Origin: Mytilus californianus
Taxonomy: Eukaryota
NCBI RefSeq assembly: GCF_021869535.1
Contig: NW_026262745.1
Location: 93,930,001-93,994,000 of the forward strand
Direction of reading: 5' to 3'
Length of the DNA: 64,000 bases
The notes below the pieces were generated by a model. It did not search any database and was not told the DNA's origin. It worked only from the letters and a program-made list of their open reading frames with translations. Numbering within the stretch: position 1 is the first letter of the stretch; each line of letters starts with the position of its first letter. The position numbers and the translations under genes are program-made. Of this stretch, positions 40,469 through 50,800 are shown one piece after another.

Positions 40469-40771
40469 CACCTTATTATGCAGCAACATTTTGAACTGAT
40501 GGAAGTAATAATAATCATCTTGTTCTTCACTCGACAACAATTCTGAAAACTGATTTTCTGCTTCGTACCCAAAAGCAACTAATTCTTTATCTGCATTTAA
40601 TAAAACTGCTGTTGGTGCTTTAAGCGACAAAAGTTTACTCCCCTGCCATGAACTGGTACTGTATTTTGGTGGGTCATTAGCAAAGTCTTGTTTCGAAGCG
40701 AATGCATAACCGGAATATGTTGTTCCAAAATCAATTGCTACAACAAATATACTGTTTCCTAGATGTGTCAT
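34710..40771 (-). CDS. HSPA12A: HSPA12-like atypical HSP70, paralogue 2; complement join(40472..40771,38243..38464,36104..36251,34710..35764), about 574 aa
   Basis: Motifs VVAIDFGTTYSGYAF, TVPAIWDD, LEPEAAS, DLG|GGTAD and MVGGFSEC. GT-AG introns with phases 0,0,1. Exon 3 is missing from the ORF track but translates cleanly (AGIKKEKLAIALEPEAASIFCQ...VIDLG). An in-frame TGA lies upstream of the ATG at 40771. Confidence 0.92.
37004..37650 (-). pseudogene. Frameshifted hAT transposase C-terminus (ZMYM1/THAP12-like, hATC dimerisation domain) in intron 2 of paralogue 2
   Basis: PRRCGRQTQRSNVPA...YFRRTVFLPFL and SVTSSSTERANSSLKDIKTFSRSTMGEERLNALLLLYVHKNIELD. Frameshifts near 37495 and 37083. Confidence 0.8.
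39660..40190 (-). mobile_element. Near-full-length copy of the abundant ~520-bp non-coding retro-like element; its twister core lacks P4
   Basis: Reverse complement of 43545-44066 along its length. Confidence 0.8.
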
Positions 40772-41177
40772 TTTTCTTTTTCTAAGTTTCTCTATTAGAC
40801 ATCACCTGAAATATGCAAAATAATAATTGTTCAAAAAGTGAGTGTAACTATTTTCCAAGAAAGGTTATACATGTACACATGAAGTATTTGAATGTTAAAA
40901 CAAACATTCTTAGTATTACAGCTTCATGTTATGTAGTTCAAGGTTACGACTATATTATGCCATGCATATATCTAAACATTTCATCAAACAATACATGTGT
41001 AAAGGTAGGATAAACTTTGTAATATTTTGGCAAACTTGGAGTATTTATTTAAAAAAAAAATAAAATCAAGAGATTTCAAACCAAAACCAAACATTTATGA
41101 CAAAAGTCAGTACCATTTTTACGAAGCTTTGAACCCCAGTCTGCATATTAAACTTTCCTCTGTTGTCACGTTATCAT

Positions 41178-41678
41178 CATTTATCTTACCTCCTATACAT
41201 TTTTAGGAATATGATTGGTTAAAAGCAACCGCGTATAGAGACCGTGTAAATTTCAAAAGGGGTCAGTAGGAGTGGTTTATTTCAATACACGGTTAGTAGT
41301 GGTGTTACGTCCCTTTGTAAAAACTACACGGTGCTGAGGAAAAATCTGAAAGATTTCAACAGACGAAGAAATTAATGATGAACGATTGAAATTAATGCAG
41401 AAAACACATTAAAAGCTAACAAGTTGTTATTTTTGGCATTTGTTTTTGTATAGACCAATGAAAGTAGGTTCTTAATATTGAAGAGTTGATCACTTTGATA
41501 GGCCATTATTCTAAATGCCACATGTTAAGATAGTCGGTAAGATAAATTCGTTACACAGTGTGCTAGTGACCTAATATGATATATATGGGGTCAGTAAATT
41601 TCATATGGGGTTCGAGCTTCGCTTTCACTCCATATATATCGTATTAGGTCACTAGTACACTATGTAACTAATAATATT
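41178..41678 (+). repeat. About 500-bp interspersed repeat ending in a palindromic MITE; second copy at about 48233-49030 with a nested insertion at about 48650-48890
   Basis: Collinear similarity from TATCTTACCTCCTATACATT to GTAACTAATAATATT in both copies. Confidence 0.75.
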
Positions 41679-42406
41679 CAAAGCGTTTTCTTCACTGATT
41701 TTATTTCTGCATGTGAATATACAGCTGCAACCACTAATGCCATTTCGGACTTGGAGCATGAAAAACAATATACTTATTTGACATTAAATTTATGCAATTG
41801 TGTTGACACTACTTACAATTTCATACTTAAAAGAGAAATGCTGTGTCAGGGTTTATGTCAATGAGATAGATATCAGACAACAAAATCAAATTAGATCGAC
41901 TGATTGATTGATTGATTGATTGTTGACTGTTTAACCTCAAGCGCAAAGTATCTGCATAGTCATGATAACATTTAAAAACATAATGAATATACTCAACTTT
42001 GTACAGAACTTACATACTTGGGTCTGGTTTTTATTGTTCTTGCACATAAGGTAACAGTCTCGAGTACGACATGTTAACCAATTGTTATTTGTCATTTGGA
42101 AAATTTTAGGCTAATGGTGGATCAATGATATTCCATATTAAATTTATTTACATTTTGCTTTAACCGGACAGACACTAATCTTGATTATTGTAGAAGACTA
42201 AAATGTATGTTAACATCTAGTCTTTCGGATTTGAGTCGCTGGGTTGTTACCGCATTTAAGTATTCCCCTCAGCACCTTAAATTTGGTTTAAAAATGCAAG
42301 GCATGATAATATACATTCATGAAAGATGTTGGTATATGTTAATGAGGCTATATTTGGACAAAGTAACACAATCGAAAGGTCTACAAACTGTACATAAAAA
42401 CAGTCA

Positions 42407-42651
42407 GGCCATAAAAAAGAATATGTTTGTTTGCCCTAACCCTACCTACCCAGAAAATATCTGCCTACTCAAAATCTTTTATTGTCTTGATGTGAAAAAG
42501 TTTTTTTTTAATCAGATAGGCATGAAGACTAAACAAAATCTGACACTTCAATTTCTCTTTGCCGAAAAAAAAAGAAAATGCCTACCTACCTACCCACTGT
42601 CTCTACCTTTGGGTAGGGTTTGGGCAAACCAAAATATTTTTAGGTGTGGCC
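42407..42651. mobile_element. Harbinger-like MITE
   Basis: Imperfect ~40-bp TIR starting GGCCA. TCA duplication at 42404-42406 and 42652-42654. Confidence 0.7.
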
Positions 42652-43544
42652 TCAAGTCTCTATACTGTATAAGAGGGGTCGGACAGGGAAGAAGACACCT
42701 ATTGATTAGGGGTGGAAGTGTCACGGAATAGAAGTTCCTTCATAATATAAGTTCCAAATGGAAACAATATTCTGGAATATTATTTCCACTGGAATAAATA
42801 TTATAGTAAATGTTCCTAACGGAATAAATGGTATAGAATATTTGTTCCAACAGGAACAGATATTATGACATTGTTTATAACAAAGTTTCCAGTGGAACTT
42901 CTGTTAGGCGGAACAAATATACGTTGACAGAAGTGGTAGTCAATGTTGGGAACTGAGAGAAGAGGGGGATTAAAAGATAGGGATATGTTGGAAAACTTTT
43001 TTTGACCGATTTTCCAAGAGTTAGTGTAAGGGATGTGGAAATTTGGTGAGGTGAGAGGGAATCAGTTATCCCATTGCACATCCCCTTGTATAACCAGTTA
43101 TAAATCGTCCCGAGGCGAGACAAGAAGTTCGCTCCTATTCATCAAAAATCTATGTGAACATAAAAAAGAACAATAACAAATCCCAATTATGTAAACAAAG
43201 ATAACCAATGGTGAGTTTCCTCCTTTGAACAGACTTAGAAACTTGATTAGCACGGTCTTAATAGTTTCAAACTTAATCAACCTGTTTCCCTTTTACAAAA
43301 CATTCTGATTGACTGACTGGTTGTCGGTGTAATAAGCCACTTTCAGCACTCTTTGCTTAATCGTAGCGATCAGTTTTTACTGTTGATGGAAGCCGGAATG
43401 CCCAGAGAAAACCTTCGACAGGAATACTGACAGTGCTAGTAAATTAAGATCGAAGTCGAATGCACTTGTCACAAGCAGGGCTCTAACTCACAACCTCACA
43501 ACCTCAGTGTTGATAGGCTTTTTTTATTAGTTGTTATTGGCTTT

Positions 43545-44066
43545 ATAACTGCAAGTACTCTAAGATCTGTACTAAAGTGTCATTTTGTTGTTGGGATGTA
43601 CAAGTACCCGTCCACGTCCACTCTGTGTTTTTGTTAGATGTATTTCTATTTTTATCCATCTGATGAGTTAAGCCTTTTGCAACTGATTTTTATAGTGTGT
43701 TCTTATGTTGTAATGTTACACCACTGTCCCAGGTTAGGGGGAGGGTTGGGCGCCCGCTAACATGTTTAACCCCGCCACATTCTGTATGTGCCTGTCTCAA
43801 GTCAGGTGCCTGTAATTTAGTGGTTGTCGTTTGTTGCTGTGTTAGATATTTGTTTTTCGTTTATTATTTTGTAAATAAATTAGGCCGTTGGTTTTCTCGT
43901 TTGAATTGATTTACATTTGTCATTTCGAGGCCTTTAATAGCTGACTATGCGGAATGGGCTTTGCTCATTGTAGAAGGCTGTACGGTGACCTATAGTTGTT
44001 AATTTCTGTGTCATTTTGGTCTCTTATGGAGAGTGTCTCATTGGCAATCATACCACATCTGTTTTA
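43545..44066 (+). mobile_element. Abundant ~520-bp non-coding retro-like element with twister-like core; mostly 5'-truncated or partial copies at about 11585-11650, 12790-12910, 13826-13955, 14032-14200(-), 24745-24862, 27225-27390, 28430-28592(-), 36418-36494(-), 44600-44960(-), 46315-46472, 46485-46545(-), 50420-50560, 54335-54435(-), 54520-54610 and 62090-62420
   Basis: Shared 3' end GAAGGCCGTACGGTGACCTATAGTTG...GTCTCATTGGCAATCATACCACATCT with variable 5' extent, the pattern expected of target-primed retrotransposition. Confidence 0.8.
43730..43812 (+). ncRNA. Twister-like motif (P5-type) with two point changes
   Basis: CAGGT-TA-GGGG-GAGGG-[TTGGGCGCCCGCTAACATGTT]-TAA-CCCC-GC-CACAT-TCTGT-ATGTG-CCTG-TCTCAAGT-CAGG-T-GCCTG. 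L4 has TCTC instead of TCCC, and the A after P4 is T. Confidence 0.65.
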
Positions 44067-47000
44067 TAATTATGATCACTGTGGAACTTCTTAGATTAAT
44101 CCACCACTAAGACCCTCAAAAGATACTGAGAAAAGTGAACAACATAAAGAAAAACCATTCAACTACTTAATATCGGTATTACAGTCAACAAAAAAGACAC
44201 ATGCAAGAGGGTCTAGATAGAGTATAATGGGCAACAAAAAAAAAAAAAAAAAAACAGAATAGAGATATATAGGCATAACAAAATAGAATAATTGGGGACT
44301 TAAATATAAACAATAGACAACAATTGGCAAAAAACATACAAAAAAATAGAGAAAAAGAAAGAACCCCATCCAGACCATCGTGCATGTAATCAACAGTATT
44401 AAAGATTGTTTTGAAGATTTTGAAAGTTAAACTTTGTTCAAAATACTTAATTTGTTGTTTCAATAATCATACCGTTCTACACTCTAATATCGGCCGCAGT
44501 ACTTCAAAGTTAGAAACAATCTAAAAATGTTTGGATATTTATAGCACCTGTACCTCTGATATTAAAGAAGTGCATATCTTTCTTTTTTAATGCACCAATG
44601 AGACCCTCAACAGATAATAATTGATTTGTGATTGTTTTACGCCGCACCAGCACAGCACAACAATAAATAACGGTCTAATTTATACAACACACTATATACG
44701 AAAATCAAATATGACAGACATGGACAAACGACAACCACTGAATTACAGGCTCCTGAATTCGGACAGGCACATTAAACCTACGACGGGGTTAAACATGTTT
44801 GTGAGTGCTGAACAACAAACCACCAACCCTCCAACCCTACCGGGGACAGTGGTTTAACATGACAATATAAGAACAAGCTGTACAATTCAATTCAGTTGCA
44901 AATGGCTTAACTCAATAGATCAGTAAGAAGCACAAACAAACCAACTATTATATAACATAAAAACAATAAACACAAAGTACAGATACACGAGAGATGATCC
45001 GGTCCATAACTTTCGATATCATAAGCAAACATTTCAATCAAAGTTATAAACTTATGTTGAAAAACAAGGTTGAAAATAATTAAAAATACCTTGCTTTGTT
45101 GAAGAAATGATGTCTTGGACGTCTAAATGAGAGAATGATTTTCACCTGTCGCCATGTTCGTCGAAAAAGCATCCAGGAAGTAAAATTGAAATGTCCATAA
45201 TAGACATTATGTTTATTGTGAAGGTCGTAAAATTTAAATAATAATAAAAAAAATATACCAAATGTGTGTACAGGCAATGTATATATGCAATGTATTGATT
45301 GTTTATCTATTTCCAGCAATTTTGGTCTTGTAAGGATATATTTTGCATAATTAATAATATTTGTTTAGGAAGTAGGACATTTATTTTTAATACGGTTTCA
45401 ATGCTTCAAAAACAGGTACTTGTTTGGAAATTGCATTCTTTTTATGAAAATTTAATGCAAATATAAAATACGCATTGCCTCGCTTATGCTTCTCTCTTTT
45501 AAAGCATCCATTTGCAGAGTTGCGTGTCAGTATACTCTGCCTCCCCCTTTCAATCTCCAATAGCAAATAGTTATTTATATTTCAATGCGATCTACGTGTA
45601 AATGAAAGAGGCGTGATTCTCTGGTTAACACAACATAAGGTACAGGAAAACCACCCGTTGCTTGTCACAGTTCCGCTAGCAATGTTATAAAGTAAAGATT
45701 CATTTATTTCATATTTGCGACATACATGTATCTATATATTACATGAATATACATGTCCATTTTATAACCATTCGGAACCTACAGCTTTTACTGTCCAAAA
45801 CGATGATAAAACCCTAAACACTTCTTGTCATTTAAATATAGATATTTATTTTTATTTTTACACTTGACCCGACGATCGATCGATCAAATAGTATACATAG
45901 TGACGTCGCAATTTTTGTAATCATTGTTTGTAAATCATGCGATCCAAGGCTACGTACGGCCGGATACGGAAACCGGATTAGAATCTATGAATTTTAAATA
46001 ATTTGTTATGTCTATTTTTCGATTTCATTACAAAAATATAAAATTCATTATAACGAATGAAATCTGTCAAAAGGAACTTGTAATATACACCGTTCTGTAA
46101 CTAGAACAAATTCTTAAAACATGTATGCACTAATGAATTCTTTAAAATTTGTGAAAATTTTAAATTCCTAATAAATATTTTTTTTTTATTTCAGATTTAA
46201 TACAAAATTAAAAAGCTGTTAAAACGAATTAAAATATTTAATTTCGAAATATATAGGTCCCTTTTTTTTTGGCTTCGTGAAAAGCAGACGTTTGTCTTCA
46301 AAGCAATATAAACATTTTACATTTGTCATTTCGGGGATTTTTATAGCTTACTATCCGGTATATGGGTTTTGCTCATTGTGGCACGGTGACCTTTAATTAT
46401 TAACTTCTATGCCATTTGGTATCTGGTGGAGAAATGTCTCATTGGCAATCATACCACATTTTCCTATTTTTATATGTATATAAAATAAGGAGATGTGGTA
46501 TGATTGCCAATGAGACAACTATCCGGCAGAGACCAAATGATATATGCCCATATTTGGCCCTAAACTTAAATTGAAAATAGCAATACATGATCTTGCTCTT
46601 AAACTACTAAGATAACATATTTTTAGAAAACAAAAAACTTTTTTTACATTTTTAAATAGGAGTTACCAATGGCAACAAACCATGACGTTTATTGGTATAT
46701 TTTTTGAAATTTCTTGATTTTTCTTGATTGGTATCAACTTTTGAGCAAATTTTGGATGGCAAAGTATTGGGACACCAAAAACACATACTCGATGGGATTA
46801 TGCTAATAGCTTTAATGAAAAATATTTGTTTTATAACTTTTGTTACTAAAATGGATGGAATACTTCGAAAATCAGCATCCTGCCTCATTCTTGAAATTAT
46901 GCGCATATGATGAAGTAAATTTGATAGTATTTTACATTATTAATATTGTCTAACTTATCTTTATATTTATTTTTATGCATTTCAATAAGTTATGATCAAA

Positions 47001-47840
47001 TTTGAGTGAGGTCAACAAAACAAAACAAAAACCATTTTCTTTGGCAAAAAATGTGTCTTAACGCCCTTTCTCCTCTATTGAGTTACATCAATTTTTTGGT
47101 TATAATTGGGACCATCCACTTCACAAACACTGCGTTCAAAAGTACCTTTGAAATTTTATTATCTGAATACAGAATAACGTCTGTCGTTGAAATTTTACCA
47201 CTTTGATCTGAGCTAGATTAAAACGGGTTTCAACTGTCCGTGATATTTTGTTATGTCCAACTTGTCTCGTACTGTATGTGGCAGACAAGTTGTCTATGGA
47301 CAATAAAAAACGATTCAATATGACAGTCTCGGTGTGTGGAAAAGAGTACAATCTAGTAGTGTTGGTTTCAAATAAGAAAAGGGATATTCAATATTTTCAA
47401 ATGGAGATCGAGTTCTGTAAACGAAAACGTGAGCTCGTAAACCAGTAGATTTCATTGTATTTTCAAATTGTATTGTTTGTTCAAATCTAGGAATGACAGA
47501 GCGTGCACATATCTCCTTTGTTTGTGTCTGTATAACATGTACATTGTATGATGGGTATGTCGATCGTTACAAGATTTGTTTTCGTCCAAAACACTCACGA
47601 AATATTTGCCACTGGACGTACAAGGCAAATAATTAATCAAATCCACGCGAATATCACGTGAAAACAGTTCTCGTTTGAAGTGAAATTCACGTGAAGTTCA
47701 TGTGAGTGAAATTTTCATGTGCAAATTAAAGTTTTTTCTACCATACATTTGTAGGTCACCAGCGGCTTCTGGTTGAAATGGTTCATAATTCACATTGAGT
47801 TATTTCCCTTATATTATTATTTACTTCCTATTTACGAACT

Positions 47841-50800
47841 ATGGCAAAAAGTACAAAACAAAATGAAAAAGGAAAAGACAGGTGAGTAAAATGAATGATT
47901 GAAGTATAATTTGCATTTTGAATGGTTATTTTTAGACATATTGTAAAGCTTTAGATCTTAAGATCACAAACGCTAGTATATTCATGGTAGTTTAGTACTC
48001 GTTATACATGTGTAACTATGTTAATCTGGTGTCACAGTTTTCCAACTTATCATACAATAGTTTTTAAATTGATCTTTATTCTATAATTCAGTATTCAGTT
48101 ACAAAAAATAGGATAATCAAATATAAATTCAACTGATTATATTTGTTTTAAAGATGTCATTCTCGAAACTGAAAGTAGTTTCCTTCCTTCTCTTATAGTT
48201 GTGTCTAAACAAGAAAAGAGGATCAATATATTTTTTTATCTTACCTCCTATACATTTCTAGGAATAGGATTGGTTAAAAGCAACCGCGTGGAGATCGTGT
48301 ATATTCCATATTGGGTTAGTAGTCGGGGCTAATTTCAATACACGGTTAGTAGTGGTGTTACGTCTCTTTATAAAAACAACACGGTGTTGAGGAGAAATCT
48401 TAAAGGTTTCAACAGACGAAGAAATTGATGATGAACGATTGAAATAAATTAATAAAACACATTTAAAGCTAACATGTTGTAATTGTTGGCATTTGTTTTT
48501 GTATAGACCAATGGAAGAAGGTTCTTAATACTAACGGTATTGAAGACTTGATCACTTTGATAGGCCACTAGTCTAAATACCACATGTTTAGATAGTCGAT
48601 ACGATAAATTCGTTACATAGTGTGTTAGTGACCTAATACGATATTTATAGATTATCTATGGTTATCTGAACGAGATTGATTTTCTCGCTTGAGCCGGTAC
48701 GGCGAAAGCGAGAAAAGCAATCGATTTGAGATGACCAATGGTAATCTGTTTATCGCTATTTTACCTATGAAGACGTTGTTAATTTCCTTGACAACGGCAC
48801 GTGTTCCCTTAGTTTCTAGCGATAATTTTCATATCACTCGACTCCATTTTCATATCACTCGACTCCGCTGAGAACGGAAATTATCAGTCAACAAGATCAA
48901 AGGAAAAATTCTTAAAATAGCGATAAACAAATTTATATGGCGTTAGTAAATTCCATATGGGGATTCCAGCTTCGCTCTCACCCCATATATATCGTATAAG
49001 GTCACTAGCACACTCTGTAACTAATAATATTATGCCCCATTTTTCACTGATGTAAAGTGATTTAATATTTAAAAGTTTATTAAAAATTTTGCAAGGATAA
49101 AAAGAAAGACCCATCGCTTGCGATCATAACTATCAGTCGATTTTACCAAAATCTCTGTATAAAGATGATAAAGGGACGTGATTTCTGTGTACAAACAATT
49201 GATTTAATGCTTTTTAACACAAAGTTGACTGCTGTACCCCGATTTTTGATATTTTTACCTATTATGTCTGTTTGTTTTGTTCACACATTGTTGTCAATAT
49301 AATGGAATTTTATGAGACTGTCATACAAGTGAGAGGTTTAGCTAGCTATAAAACCAGGTTTAATCCACCATTTTATACAAAAGAAAATGCCTGTACCAAG
49401 TCAGGATTATGACAGTTGTTATCCATTCGTTTGAGCTTTTGATTTTGCCATTTGATTAGGGACTCTCCTTTTTGAATTTTCCTCGGAGTTCGGTATTTTT
49501 GTTATTTTACTTTTTAATATCCTAAGACGACGTAACAGTCGTAACCAGAAACAATTTGTTTTCCATGTTTGGTATCCAATTTGAAACAAAATTAAATTTC
49601 ACGTGTAACACCCCCCTCCCCAAAGAAAAAAAAGTTGAAAAACAAAAAAAGAAGTTTACTGTACATAGTGATACATTAACATATTATGACACATTAATAT
49701 TTTATAATATTTATTTTTTCAGCCATGAAATGGGTTCTGCCAAACTTTTTGTGGCTGCAATTGATTTTGGAACTACCTATTCTGGGTACGCATTTTCAGC
49801 CCGAAATTCTCCCGAAACCTTATACACGTGCGACTGGAAAAATAATAATTTACTGTCCAGGAAAGCTCCGACGTCCGTTCTTATTGACAATGACGAACAG
49901 TTTGTAGCATTTGGGTTTGATGCAGAAAACAAATATATGGCTAGTCTCGAGAATGATTCGGATTCAGATTCAGATGACAGTGACGAAGAGAAAAATCCTT
50001 CATGTAAAGCCGTATATCGTTATTTTAGTCGGTTTAAGATGGAACTACACGATAAGGTAATTTGAAAGGGTTTATATATTCACATATACTGTTTATTGAT
50101 TTTTTTTTTTATAAATGACCAATGGGAAATGAGTTCAGTTGAAATTGTTCCCTTTTTTTATCAAAGTTTTTTATTACTTCGATCAGCTCTTATCAAAAAA
50201 TGACTGTAGAAATATGGTTTCGTGTCGTTTAGTTTTTGCATGCCTGTTTCAGCAATTGCTATTTCCTGTCGTACATTTTTAAAATTTACAGATAACATTT
50301 ATAGAGCTAATTGAAGGCACGGACGGTATTGCAATCAAAAGCCAGAATGTTTCTTGCATTTCTTGTGACCGATTATGATTTTTATAATTTTTCTACCATT
50401 ACGAAGTTGGTCTTGTTCGCAAATTAGTTGTTTTGTTATAAATTACTAGGCCGTTAGTTTTCTCGTTTGATTTGTTCGACATTTTTCATGGCGGAGTCTT
50501 TTATAGCCAATTATACGGTACGAGTTTTCCCCATTGTTGAAGGCCGTACGGTTGCCTGTATTCTTATATTGACTAATCTTCTAAATTGGAATAGTCTCCA
50601 GTGCTTGGGATTCGATCCTAAAATAACTTGTATAGGATATAGTCTTTTTCCTTATTTCTTTAACGGTCTGGCTCTCATCGATGTATATTTTAAACATACT
50701 TGAATTAATGATTTCGTCTTTTTGATTTATTCGAAAAAAAGTATATGCATTGTGATATAAAAGTAAAATTTAACATTAGTGTTAAAAGGACTGAAAAAAA

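Noticed and set aside
43655-43690. CTGATGAG as a hammerhead core upstream of the twister
   Set aside because: No stem II closed by GAAA follows, here or in the 40.04-kb and 62.11-kb copies.
47645-47715. E-box (CACGTG) and IRF-like cluster upstream of paralogue 3
   Set aside because: The short TTCACGTGAA-type reiteration looks like a transposon subterminal repeat, and motif matches alone do not support a promoter call.
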